DNA of 64,000 nt from Leucoraja erinacea. Taxonomy: Eukaryota. A model generated the notes under the pieces. It had not been told where the DNA came from and did not search any database. It saw only the letters and a list, made by a program, of their open reading frames with translations. The first letter of the stretch is position 1, and each line of letters begins with the position of its first letter. Made by a program: the position numbers and the translations under genes. The stretch is from contig NC_073393.1 in NCBI RefSeq assembly GCF_028641065.1, positions 31,496,001 to 31,560,000 on the forward strand, written 5' to 3'. Positions 44,659-56,602 of this stretch are shown one piece after another.

Positions 44659-45082
44659 GTCCTGAAAACTCCAATGAGCCAATGAGTGGAGACACTTTTA
44701 AGAAGTCAGACAACGTTTAATAGAGTTTAGCGGGCATTTTACCTACCGGTCGGGTTTTCTTTGTCCTGAAAACTCCAATAAGCCAATTAAAAGCCCGGTC
44801 AGTGAAGGAGATTGCCTACGGCCTGTAACTTAGCTACCCCACTGCACTGTATTATGTGTTAAAAAGAACGATGCCCACCAATGTTTACTCACGGAAAATT
44901 TTTCAACATGCTGAAATTTTTCCGCGACCTAGCTGAGGCTGCGAGTATGCGGCAACTTCCTTTGAGCATGAAGGAGAGTCCCAGTGACCTCATAGGACCA
45001 TCTGTCGACCATGCTGCGAGTTTGAGTCAAAGGCATACTCTTCTAAACTCACAGATTAGGTCGCTGCAGTGGGACAGCCCCT
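44396..45082. mobile_element. Complete PIF/Harbinger-like MITE with TAA TSD
   Basis: Imperfect TIRs of about 65 bp (AGGGGCTGTCCCACTGCGG / CTGCAGTGGGACAGCCCCT); TAA at 44393-44395 and 45083-45085; internal G45 run. Confidence 0.88.
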
Positions 45083-45409
45083 TAAGGTGGAGATACAACA
45101 CCTTCTCTTTTACCTTTTCCATTCCCACCCTCCAAAGCCTTCTCACAGCACCATTCTGTGCCGTGGTGGAGATGCAATGCTGCATCTAAAGTGTAACTTT
45201 AGCTTTGAATCTTTGCCTATTGCAAGAAAAAGGATGCGTATTTAATTTGCACACCAGCACTATCACCTTGTCCATTTGATCACAGTCGCCAACGAGTGCC
45301 ATGAGGGAAAGGACAAAATGAAACATCATAGACCGCAGGGATGCTTGACTGTCAAAACATTCAGGAAACAGACTGTAATCAGATATTTGTTCTGTTGCAA
45401 CGATGACAG

Positions 45410-45605
45410 GATTCTGATTAGGAATCATACTTTATTAGCCAAGTATGTTTTGCAACATATGAGGAATTTGATTTTCTATACAGTCATACCAATAAAAAGC
45501 AGCAAAACACACAAATTACATTTTAACATAAAACTCCACCACAGAGACTCTTCCACATTCCTCTGTAGTGGAAAGCGAAAAAAAGTTAAATCTCTCCCTT
45601 CTTTG
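45410..45605 (-). mobile_element. 3' end of the hairpin-bearing non-autonomous retroposon family
   Basis: TCCACCACAGAG...CTCTGTAGTGGA hairpin, T/G-rich tract and AATAAAGTATGATTC tail on the minus strand. Confidence 0.6.
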
Positions 45606-45709
45606 AACATTTCTTCGCCTTCCATCACTGAGAAATGTGGAGGAGTCACTGTGGTGGATGTTTATGCTATAAGTATTATGTTTTTTTTACATTTCCACCC
45701 TGGGAACAG

Positions 45710-45890
45710 TTTGCCCTATCTATGCCTCTTGTAATTTTACATACTGCTATCAGGTCTCCCCTTAGCCTCTGACATTCCTGAGAAAACAATCAAAGTTTGT
45801 CCAACGTTTCCTTATATCTAATGCCCTCTAATCAAGGCAGCATCCTGGTAAACCTCTTCTGCACCCTTTCCGAAGCTTCAACATTCTTAA
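45710..45890 (-). mobile_element. Old CR1 fragment
   Basis: CATCCTGGTAAACCTCTTCTGCACCCT is the reverse complement of RVQKRFTRM. Confidence 0.7.
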
Positions 45891-46504
45891 TTAAATCGAA
45901 TACAGATTAAAACTGAATAGAGAAAAGTGTGAAATGACACACCTTGACAGAAAGGACAAAGATTAAATGTCTATACTGTTTTAAAGGAACAGGGGAACTC
46001 GGGTGCATGTTTGCAGAAATTCTTCAAAACACAGGGGGTTAAGAAAGTAGGGAATTCATTCTCCTGGTATTCAAAACTAGAAACACAGCAACAAAGAAAA
46101 AGATGTAAATGTGACTATGAAACAGAATATCTTGGAGCTTGGTGGGTCAGCCTGGAAATAGTGAAAAGAGAAATGCAGATCAAAGATGTCAGAACTTGAA
46201 AAGAGAAAAAAAAAATACATTTGTTTTTAGTTGCAAAGAGGCTGGGGGAATATCTCTGACATGGTGAAGCCAGGGTTGCCATGGTGATAAGTATTTGAGG
46301 AAGTAATAGGTTAACGACACAGTAAGAACACAAACAAAGGAACAAATAAAAGCTATGAAACACGGAGCTGCAGGAGATACCCAGCATGTCAGGCCAGGTA
46401 AACAGAGAGAACAAGTGAATTAATGTTTACAAATGGATGACCTTTGACAGAACTGGCCACAAACAGGGAAAGCAAGCAACTTGAAATTGTTAAGTCAGGA
46501 AGGC

Positions 46505-46845
46505 AGTCAGAACCTTTTATCCAGGTGTGGAAATGTCAAAACCAAAGTGCACAGCGTTCAGGTGACCGGAGCAAAGTTTAAAGGAGATGTATGGGGCAGG
46601 TTTTTTACACAGTGTGGTGGGTGCCTGGAGTGTACTGCCAGAGGTGGGGATGCTGGAGGGATCTCCAGCATATAATAGTGTTTGTAGATATTATACAGGC
46701 ACATGGATATGCGAGGAATAGAGGGATATGAATCACGTGTAGGCAGAAGAGATTAGTATAACATGGCGTCATTGTCGGCACAGACCTGGCATCATGTTCA
46801 GCACACACACTATGGCTCAAAGGACCTATTATGTACTATACTATT
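46505..46845 (+). mobile_element. CR1 3' end
   Basis: FKGDVWGRFFTQ...; 3'UTR with a duplicated GGCATCATGTTCAGCAC block. Confidence 0.75.
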
Positions 46846-46999
46846 CAAGGCCTATGTATGGCTGCAAGATGCATAGATGGAAGTGCAGTGTTGTTCCTCA
46901 AACTACATTGGGACTGTGCAGCAGGCCAGAGACAGATAGGTAGAGTGGAAGTGGGAATGAGAATTAAAATGACAAGAAGTTTTGTTAAACCTTTGGATA

Positions 47000-47450
47000 A
47001 CATGAATTAGGTCATGATTGAGGGATTGTATCCAAATCTGGCCACCTAATATCTAGGAGAATGTGAAGGTCCCAGAAAGACTGAAGAGATATTTACAAGA
47101 ATGGTTCAAAGGATGGCAGATTTCAATTACAATGTTAGACAGACTTGGGGTTATTCTATTTTGGGCAAAAAGGACATTGAGTGAAGATTTTATAGAGATG
47201 TACTGAACCATGGCTGGCTTAGGTGGGGTAGGTAGTGGGAAGAGTTCCCATTAGTGTACGCTTCAAGTATCAGGGATCACAGTTTTACATTTTGGAGGAA
47301 AAGATACAAGGTAGATGTGAGGAAAAGTTATTTTACTAAAACAAAGCATTATTATGTCTGCCTACATAATTATTAAAAACAGAATTAATTATCGTCTTCA
47401 AAGGGGAATTGGTTAGACATTTTAATGAGAATAATTTGTAGGGTTTCAAG
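47000..47450 (+). mobile_element. Very old CR1 ORF2 3' region
   Basis: Degraded KIFTRMVQ..., EDFIEMY, TCTTCAAAGGGGAATTGG. Confidence 0.5.
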
Positions 47451-47832
47451 GATGTTCTGGACCCAGTGTGGGGTTATTGTCTGCGTGTATTATTTAATCA
47501 GGGCAAGAGCTTGAGGCATCAAAATTTATTTCATATTTCTGCAGATGTCAATGCAGAAGCAAAGTAAATCAACTTGTATACACGGACCCCGAACCCAGTC
47601 CTATGTAGTTAAACAAAACAAAGCAAATACACAGCAGACTAGTTTGCACTGGAAAGGGGAAGGAAGTTAAATGTCCATCATAGGTACTCAAGTCCAGTTT
47701 ATTGTAACACGCACCAATTAAGGTACAGTGATTTTGGAATTACTGACCTTCCCACCATCGAGGGGATCTACAGGAGTTATTGCCTCATTTTCATTTCACT
47801 CCTGCCATAGGGAAATAGTTATAGAAACCTGA

Positions 47833-49136
47833 CAAGTCAAGTCAAGTCAAGTTCAAGTTTATTCGTCACATACACATAGGAGATGTGCAGTGAATTGAAA
47901 AGTGGCAATGCTCGCGGACTTTGTGCAAAAAGACAAACAGACAAACAACCAAACAAACTATAAACACAATCATAAACTCACACATATTCTTTTACATATT
48001 AAATATAGGAAGGAAAAACGTTCAGTAAAGTTAGTCCCTGGTGAGATTTACAGTCCGAATGGCCCTTGGGAAGAAACCCCTTCTCAACCTCTCCGTTCTC
48101 ACAGCATGGCAACGGAGGCGTTTGCCTGACCGTAGCAGCTGGAACAGTCCGTTGCATGGGTGGAAGGGGTCTCCCATGATTTTGTTGACTCTGGAGTTGC
48201 ACCTCCTGATGTATAGTTCCTGCAGGGGGGGCGAGTGAAGTTCCCATAGTGCGTTCGGCCGAACGCACTACTCTCTGCAGAGCCTTCTTGTCCTGGGCAG
48301 AGCAATTCCCAAACCAGATGGTAATATTTCCGGACAAGATGCTTTCCACCGCCGCTGCGTAGAAGCACTGGAGGATCCTCAGAGACACTCTGAATTTCCT
48401 CAATTGCCTGAGGTGGTAAAGGCGCTGCCTTGCCTTACTCACGAGTGCTGCGGCGTGTGATGTCCATGTCATATCCTCAGAGATGTTGACTCCCAGATAT
48501 TTAAAACAGTTCACCCTATCCACAGGATCCCCATTTATCCTCAATGGAGTGTACGTCCTCAGATGATGTGCCCTCCTAAAGTCCACGATCAGCTCTTTCG
48601 TTTTTTTGATGTTCAAGAGGAGGCTGTTATCCTGGCACCATAGTGCTAGATCAGCCACCTCCTCCCGGTAGGCCTTCTCATCATTGTTTGAGATCAGGCC
48701 CACCACCACAGTGTCATCAGCAAACTTAATTATTGAGTTGGAGCTGAACCTAGCCACACAGTCATGTGTGTACAGGGTGTACAATAGGGGGCTGAGGACG
48801 CAACCCTGGGGCGATCCTGTGCTCAGGGTGAGGGACTCCGATGTATTCCCTCCCATCTTGACTACCTGGGGCCTGGCGGTGAGAAAGTCCAGGACCCAGG
48901 CACACAGGGAGGTGATGAGCCCCAATTCCAGTAGCTTCCCGGCCAGTCTGGTGGGGACTATCGTGTTGAAGGCTGAACTGAAGTCTATGAACAGCATCCT
49001 CACGTAGCCCCCCTTCTGGCTGTCAAGATGAGAGAGAGCGGTGTGCAAAACCTGGGTGACCGCATTGTCCGTGGATCTGTTCGGACGGTATGCGAACTGC
49101 AACGGGTCCATATTGCGAGGGAGGAAGGCGCAGATG
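47833..49136 (-). mobile_element. Young 5'-truncated Rex1/Babar LINE
   Basis: (CTTGA)n tail; RT ORF; CpGs retained. Confidence 0.93.
47999..49111 (-). pseudogene. Rex1/Babar reverse transcriptase ORF (truncated, frameshift in the C/G run at about 48225)
   Basis: [55 protein letters not shown]. Confidence 0.92.
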
Positions 49137-49241
49137 TGTAACGTCCAGGTTCAGGAGAAGCTTCTCACCAACAACCATCAGTCTATTAAACACTACAACC
49201 TTCCAACAAGCTCCAATTTACCTATACCAGGGGAGAATTGT

Positions 49242-49486
49242 NNNNNNNNNNNNNNNNNNNNNNNNNNNNNNNNNNNNNNNNNNNNNNNNNNNNNNNNNNN
49301 NNNNNNNNNNNNNNNNNNNNNNNNNNNNNNNNNNNNNNNNNNNNNNNNNNNNNNNNNNNNNNNNNNNNNNNNNNNNNNNNNNNNNNNNNNNNNNNNNNNN
49401 NNNNNNNNNNNNNNNNNNNNNNNNNNNNNNNNNNNNNNNNNNNNNNNNNNNNNNNNNNNNNNNNNNNNNNNNNNNNNNNNNNNNNN
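49242..49486. other. Assembly gap (N run)
   Basis: 245 N. Confidence 0.98.
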
Positions 49487-50194
49487 TTGACAATGAGAAA
49501 GTTAACTCTTTTGACTCTCTTGTCCCTGCCCCTGCCAATATTTCAAGCTATTTATGAGCTGTAGCTACCACTTATTTTCTAATATGTCTGAAGAGCCACA
49601 TGGAAGAACATTGGCAGGTTCTGCATGGTAAAACTCAGATGATATGTTTTGAGATTGATAAAATGCACTGACAGATCAAGGTCAATCTTCATTGTCTTTT
49701 CATTTTCCATTGATTGTTGTAAGGATTAGCTTTTTACACGGATATAACAAAACACTCAAGATAAGGAAAAAAAACATTTCCTGCCAAACAACTCTGTGCC
49801 ACTTTTCGTTCCCAGTATTTGAGTCAATAAAGTCAAAAATTGAAACCTATGCAGACATCCATATGTTTACAGATTTGAAAGTCTGATGATATGTATTAAT
49901 ACATAAAACAAGAAACTGTACACTTTCATTATTTTATTGATTTTTCTAAATTTGATAAATTCAGAACAAAACTAAAACTTATAAAACAAGTGGCTCTTAG
50001 AACTGACTCCAGCAGTAATTTCCTCTTATAGCTGTTACAACATTAATCTGAAAGTCCTCCATGTCTCCTGAGATACCTCTGCTCTTTTGAGCAAATTTTC
50101 CATTGCTTTGTACTAAAAACATAGAGCATTTGAAGAAGTTCCAGCTGCCTTTAAACACCAGACCCTTACTAATGAGCCCCTGGCTACATTATAG

Positions 50195-50497
50195 AGGTAC
50201 ACAGCATGGAAACAGGGCTTTGGGACGACCGAGTCCACATCGATCATCGATCGCCCATTCACACTAGTCCTATGTTATCCCACTTATGCGTCGAGTCCCT
50301 GCACAATTTTCAGAGGCCAAATTACCTACGACCCTGCACGTCTTTGGGATGTAGGAGGAAAGCGGAGCATCCCGAGGAAACTCATGCAGTCACAGGGAGA
50401 ACGTGTAAATCCAACACAGGCAGCACCTGAGGTCATGATCGAAACCCGGGTCTCTGGTGCTGTGAGGCAGCAAATCTACCAGCTGCGTCACTGTGCA
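50195..50497 (-). mobile_element. V-SINE (older subtype)
   Basis: Tail CAGCATGGAAACAGG, V-domain, B box, head. Confidence 0.82.
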
Positions 50498-50869
50498 ACT
50501 CAAGAGGCACAGTTACCACTGACAAACTTACTGCTGACCAGGCGTCATGAAGATGACCACAGTCTGTAGTGGATGCAGCATCATTGTATATTCCAAACCT
50601 TTCAGTTGGTTTACGTAGCTATCCAATTAACCATATTAATTTAGTTAATACAACATCAAAGACTGAGAGTTAGAAATTGAATAGCCAGGAAAGTATTCAA
50701 TAAAATACTGCTGTGTGGAGGACTCATGCCAGCTTGTCTAGTGCCATTAGTGCATGCTTTACACACTTCATGCAAGGACTAGTGGCACAGTTAACTAATG
50801 TAAAGCTGAATATCCTGTTCAAAACCTGGAACGAGGTCATGTTGGGAGGGCTTGATGCAAAGGTGGGAT

Positions 50870-51131
50870 GCATGGTCAGCAAGGGCCGCTGAGAACGATT
50901 TGGAGAACTAGCGGGCAGCCGCTGAAAGCAAAGGGGAACCCGGCGGGAGGGGGCTGCCTCTTGCCATGGGCCGCGGCAGGCAGAAGATAGAACGGTTCGG
51001 TGAACCTTTGTAACTTTGTCAGAAACATGGCGACTCTTGCGCACTGCCTAAGTGCGGGTTGTATGCAAAACAAAGCATTTCACAGTACCTACAGGAGGTA
51101 CCTGTAACAATAAAGTATCATTGAACTGAAC
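50870..51131 (+). mobile_element. Non-autonomous element 3' end with Rex1-like tail
   Basis: GC-rich body, then GCATTTCACAGTACC...GTAACAATAAAGTATCA(TTGAAC)n. Confidence 0.5.
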
Positions 51132-51254
51132 CAGCAGAGGTTGGGAAGATGGAACCAGAAATGAAGCTCCTTGGACCCAGCACTGGAGAAAGCTTAATGG
51201 CCTCATAGATCTTGTGTAGATTAGTGGTGCAACTAGTAGAGTGCCTGGAATCTT

Positions 51255-52420
51255 AGTTCTTGCTTGATCTCTGGTGTTGTCCATATAGAGTTTGCACAAT
51301 CTCCCAGTGAGTGAATGAGCTTTTGCTCCAGTTTCCACCCACATTGAATTGAATTGAATGCCTTTATTGTCATTCAGACCTTACGGTCTGAACGAAATTT
51401 CGTGCCTGGAGTCATACATACAATCATACAATAATAAACAACAATAAACACAAATTAACACCACCACAGTGAGTCCTCCAAGCACCTCACTGTGGTGGAG
51501 GCAAAAATCTTAGGGCTGCAGTCTCTTCCCTCCTCTTCCCCCTCTGCGCTGAGGGGATACCCCACCGGGCGATGGTACAGTCCCGCGGCTCGCCGAACCC
51601 CGCAACGGGCCAGCTCAAACACCGCGGCCCGGGGTGGTTGAAGCTGCCGCCCTCCAGTGCAAAGGACGCAGCCACTGGCCCGCGGCTCAACCCCGGACTC
51701 AGGTCATAGCCGCCAGAACGCCGTCCCAGCCACCGGAGCACCGCTCCAGCCCCGAGCCGGATCGCCCTCACGTGAGTGCCGTTCCTCCCTCGAGCTGGGC
51801 CGCTCCGACGGGAGCGCCATTCCACCCTCGAGCTGGGCCACTCCAACGGAAGCACCGTTCCAGCCCCGGGCCGGGCCGCCCTCACAGGAGTGTCACAGCC
51901 CACGGGAGCGTCGTTCCAGCCCCGAGCTGGGCTGCCCTCACGGGAGCGAGCCCAGGGCAAGTCCTGACTGGCTCTGCCTCCGGAGTCTCGAGGCCGCCAG
52001 CTCCGCCATTAGGCCTCAGCGCAGACGGAGGCAGAGAAGGGGGATACGACAAAAAAGTTGTATTCCCCGAAGAGAGAGAGACAGCAAGCCCCCGTTTCAA
52101 CCCCCCCCCACATAAACATAACCTAAAAAAAACAAAAACTAACTAGACAAAACGAAAAAAAACAACATAAAAAAGTAAAGACAAACGGACTGCAGGCGAG
52201 CAGCCGCCGTTCACCAGCGCCGCCACTTCCGGATCCCAAAGATGTGTTATTTACTGGTAGGTAATTAGGTGCTCTAGATTGATCCTCATATAGATGGAGT
52301 CTGGGCAGAGTTGATTGTTCTATTGGAAGAATTGGTTACAGGGACAATAGTGCGGGAGGTTGGTGTTTTCCGTGGGCCAACATAGACTAAATGGGCTGAA
52401 TGGCCACATTTTGTCTCATA
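51255..52420 (+). mobile_element. Old V-SINE split by insertion 51345-52232
   Basis: ...CAGTTTCCACCCACAT | CCCAAAGATGTG...GGGCTGAATGGCC are collinear. Confidence 0.65.
51345..52232 (-). mobile_element. GC-rich non-autonomous retroposon with Rex1-like tail (apparently full length)
   Basis: 5' CCGGAAGTGGCGGCGCTGG, T-rich tract, G-run, 38-bp internal tandem repeats (about 51735-51950), 13-bp hairpin, AATTTCGTTCAGAC...AATGACAATAAA(ATTCA)n; AT on both flanks. Confidence 0.78.
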
Positions 52421-53364
52421 AGGATATATAATAAAGATTAGGGGAAATAAAGTTAATCCCGCCTATCAAAATTGCAGTATTTAGCATTCTAACAAAGGGA
52501 CTTTGACCTGAAACGTTTACTCAGTTTCTGTTTCCATAGATGTTTCTTGACCTGCTGGGTGCTTTCAGCAGTTTACTTGCATTTCACAGTTGGGACTTAA
52601 CGGTGTAATTTACTTATTACCAGGTACCTGAACTGGAACAGCAAAAAGTGCAGTTAGGTTTGAGGACAGTCTTTAGTATTGGAGCCAGATGTTGCCCATT
52701 TCCATATCGCATGCTCTATCCAATGCTCTCGGCTATTTCTTGATAGCGTGTGGAGTGAAGTCAATTACAGTAGCTAACTGGAGGCTTCTTTGTAAGTGGA
52801 TTTCTCGAGAGGTGAGTTTATCGGGAAGAATCTCCAATCCACTTTTGTGGCCAAAGATGGTTTCAAATGCTTCAGCCATGCCCTTAGCATTAAGATTAAC
52901 ATTTTAAAATAATGATTCAGAGCCAGTCATTAGACGATATAACTTAAACATTCATATTCACAAGTTGTACTACAAATTAGGCTTAGTTGAAGATGCTTCA
53001 TTTTCTTGAGGGGGAATAGAAGTTGCAATTTTCAAGAGACAACTTTGCAATGCTTATTAAAAATGCTTTAAATGTATTCTGACTTACAACTGCTGAGCTG
53101 TAGATTTAACGAGGGTAATATCAACAAGATGCATTTGCTGCAGTAAAATTCACTTGCTGTCTCCCATGAAAACACGGAATCATCTCTTCCTGACTATGAC
53201 AAATCACAATTTCATAACGTGGTGATACATTTTATAAACAAACAGAATGTTTATGTAATGGAAGATATATGGAGAGTGAATGCTTTATTCAGTAAAAAGC
53301 TGTTACTGGCGTTTACTGGATGTCACAGGTGGCAGTAAAACAAATGTGCTGATTGACTTAGACT

Positions 53365-54040
53365 GGCCCAGATCCTCCATCACCACTGCCCCACAGTTGG
53401 TCCAGATGCTCCGACAACATTATCGCATTGTTGCACCAGGTGCTTCCTCAGGACTGTCCACTGTTGGCCCAAGTACTCCATTATCACTATCCCACCATTA
53501 AATCAGGTGCTTTCTCAGCACTGTCCACTGTTGGCCTAGTTGCTCTTTCAAGAACATCCCATTATTGACCCAGTTGCAACAAGAACACTGTCACATCATT
53601 GAAAAAGATGCTCCCTAATGCCCTTGTCCCACTTAGGAAACCTGAACGGAAACCTCTGGAGACTTTGCGCCCCCACCCAAGGTTTCCGTGTGGTTCCCGG
53701 AGGTTGCAGGTGGTTGCAGGTAGTGGAAGCAGGTAGGGAGACTGACAAAAACCTCCGGAAACCTCCGGGAACCGCACAGAAACCTTTGGTGGGGCACAAA
53801 GTCTCCAGAGGTTTCCATTCAGGTTTCCTAAGTGGGACAGGGACATTAGGACAGGTCTCCTTGATGAATGTCCCATTGCTGGCTCTGACAAAACTGTCCC
53901 ATCATTGCCTGAGGTGTTCCAACAGGAATATCCCATTGCTGGCTCCTACAACACTGTCCCATTATTGCCCCAGGTTTTCAATCAGGATTGTTCCATTGTT
54001 GGCCTAGGTTCTCCCTGAGGAGTAATCCACTGTAGGCCCC
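53365..54040. repeat. Degenerate ~33-bp minisatellite interrupted by a MITE
   Basis: Recurrent ACTGTCC(C)A(C/T)TGTTGGCCCAGGTGCT-like units. Confidence 0.65.
53619..53845. mobile_element. Harbinger-like palindromic MITE (same family as 8956-9161, opposite orientation)
   Basis: TIRs TGCCCTTGTCCCACTTAGGAAACCTGAA / TTCAGGTTTCCTAAGTGGGACAGGGACA; flanks TAA and TTA. Confidence 0.87.
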
Positions 54041-54089
54041 GATATTTCAAAAATATATATATTTCCTGGTTAAATATTACTGATGATCC

Positions 54090-54520
54090 TGTCTCCACCA
54101 CCCTCAGAAGCAGCAAATTCCAGACATTCACCACCCTCTGTGAGCAGTTCACACACATTCAGTTTTTGAATGACGCCCCCTAATTTTGCAATTATGGTGT
54201 CTTGTTTGAGATTCTCCTGCTTGTGGAAACATCTCGATTTTTACCATGTTCTGCTCCTCAAGATGTTATATGCTTCAATAATATCACTCCTCATTCTTCT
54301 AAACTGTTTCATTGAGCTACTCATGATAGAATAACCTGTTCGTCCCACAAATTAGCCCAGTAATTCTCCTTTAGATCACCTTCAAAGCCCGGATATCCTT
54401 TCTTGGGTAAGGGGACGAACACTGTGCAGAGTACTCCAGACGTGGCCTCATCAGTACTCTGTGCAATTGTGGCCTCATCAGTACTCGGTACAATACTATT
54501 TCTAAACTCCAACCTTCCTG
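54090..54520 (-). mobile_element. Old CR1 3' region
   Basis: ATTCCAGACATTCACCACCCTCTG; ACTGTGCAGAGTACTCCAGACGTGG (reverse complement of PRLEYSAQ). Confidence 0.65.
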
Positions 54521-55214
54521 AAATAAAGTTTAAAAATGTGTTTTGAAAAGTAAATGCGAGGAAATGGGCTTTGAATTAGAGGAACCATTGCTTGACCAAC
54601 TGAGTTGCTCCAGTAGATTGTCTTTTGCTCTAGATTACAGTATCTACAGTCTCTTGTGTATCTATACTTTCAAGTTTGTCTTCTGCAAAATTTCCTCCAT
54701 TAAATTGATTCGGTTTGCAACAGGCAGGGTCAGATTGCAGTTTAGCGTTTGTTAGGTGGTGAGTGGCTTCATGACAACTGGTATGTTTACAATTGATTGC
54801 CCACTGCCAGCAGGGAGACACGATGAACTTTATCACAGAGTAAAAAGCAGTCGGAAAGTTTGTGTCTCTCGACCTTTGTAAGAAGCTGAATGCACAGAAG
54901 GATTACAATGAGGCTGCAGGAAAAGAGCTTACACACTTTACAATTTCAGCTCGAGGCCAAACTATAACATTCCTTGTTACTAAAATATTTAGTAACAAAA
55001 TATTTAGAAAAAGGTTTTTCCATCATTTGCCTTGTTAATTATTTACAACATAATTGTGGTGACATTATGAAGCAACTGTTCTTCCAGTCCCTTAAATACT
55101 CAACTGTCAGTTTAAAGTGAATATTTCCCATGAATCTTTATTTTAAACATTTATATAGCTTGCATTTACATCCCACAAAAGTAAGCAGGTACACTTATAA
55201 CATTAAAAAATATA

Positions 55215-55345
55215 TTTGGGCACGTACATGGATTGGAACATTTTAGTGGGGTATGGACCAAACAGGAGTAAATGGGATTCGCTTAGATGGGGCATTTAGG
55301 TTAGTCTGGATGAGTTGGACCTTAAGGCCTGTTTCCATGCTGAAT
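55215..55345 (+). mobile_element. CR1 3'UTR fragment (SINE-partner type)
   Basis: GAGTTGGACC...GGCCTGTTTCCATGCTG...TCTATGA. Confidence 0.65.
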
Positions 55346-55477
55346 GAATCTATGATGCTGTGACTGTACCTTGCTTGACTCCCCTTTACCTTAAACAGCG
55401 ACATATTGATGTCACTCAACATTGCTCTCCAAGTTCAAACCTGCTTCTTTTCTGCGAACACAACTTTTACATTAAAA

Positions 55478-55660
55478 TAAAGATAGACACAAAATGCCGG
55501 AGTAACTCAGCGTTCTCTGGAGAAAAGGGATAGGTGATAAATTGGGTCGAGACCCTTCATCAGACTGAGCATCAGGGGAGAGGAAAACTAGAGATATGAA
55601 GGGGTACAAAGTACAGATGAATGAAAGGTATGCAAAAAGATAAATCAAAGCCAGTAACTA
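55478..55660 (-). mobile_element. Penelope-like pLTR remnant
   Basis: Minus strand AGTCTGATGAAGGGTCTCGACCC... hammerhead segment. Confidence 0.75.
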
Positions 55661-56479
55661 TGATCTATGCCTGCTTCCTTGGTCAATCAACATCATGCAG
55701 TGGACATCTTCATCTAAATGTGTTTATTTTAAGTGGGCTTCAGCTTTGAGTGTAAATGTAAATTTGTTAATACTTTCATCTCAAAATACCAGTTGACTTG
55801 CACTAGAACATAGGATCTGATTCTCAAAAGCAAATACCCATTTCTAGTTTCATTAAAGCTCCTTTGTCACAAACAGGGACAATAAGCAAATAGTTTTGAA
55901 GATGAAACTATGCTCTGAGAATGGTTAGCTTTATCTATTTCCCTATCAAAAATGCTGCAGTCTTCTCATCAAATACCGAATATCTCAGGCATTTTTTTGC
56001 TGTTGCTATTTTTGCTATCCAGACATTGTTAGCATGGCCTGTGTTTACTGCACATTGACAAAGAGGCAGTGGAGATTAGTTTAACCTGACATCATCTTCG
56101 GCACAGACATTGTGGACCAAAGGGCTTGCACTGTTCTATATTCTATGGTGGTCTGTTACAGTCTCTCTGGTGAAGGTGTTCCCTCAATGCTGTTGGGTAG
56201 GGAGTTCCAGGATTTAGCCCCAGTAATGATGTGTGATTTGAAGGGAAATCTGTGCCAAATTCAGTCCACTATCGGTTGGACAAATACATGCACCTTTTAG
56301 CAGTAGGACCAATGACAAGAACAAAATGAGCATGTGTGGACACTCTTCCTTCCTTCTACAGTGAATAACTCTTTACTTATTTCCCTCTGCTAACTTCTGA
56401 GGGTTTGCTAACCTCAGACTTATCAACCCGTGTAGAGAATGTACAAGCAATTGAATACACGCTCTCTGGTTGACAAATT

Positions 56480-56602
56480 GTGCACCTGTACACTGTGGAC
56501 AGCTCAAGTATAGTCATTTATAGTCTTTCCATCGACTGGTTAGCATGCAACCAAAAGCTTGTCAGTGTACCTCAGTACACGTAATAATAAACTAAACTAA
56601 AC
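56480..56602 (+). mobile_element. Rex1-type 3' tail
   Basis: CTGTACACTGTGGAC...GTACCTCAGTACACGTAATAATAAACTAAAC. Confidence 0.7.

Larger units (their letters stand above)
47745..49215 (+). mobile_element. Old Rex1-type 3' fragment (47745-47832 + 49137-49215) split by a younger Rex1
   Basis: ...ACTCCTGCCATAGGGAAATAGTTATAGAAACCTGA | TGTAACGTCCAGGTTCAGGAGAAGCTTC are collinear. Confidence 0.65.

Noticed and set aside
45276-45734. 152-aa plus-strand ORF
   Set aside because: Non-ATG start and reads through antisense repeat sequence; no coding signature.
49041-49564. ORFs crossing the second N run
   Set aside because: Artefacts of the assembly gap.
51487-52146. 150-170-aa Pro/Arg-rich ORFs in several frames
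   Set aside because: Product of the 38-bp GC-rich VNTR; the period is not a multiple of three.
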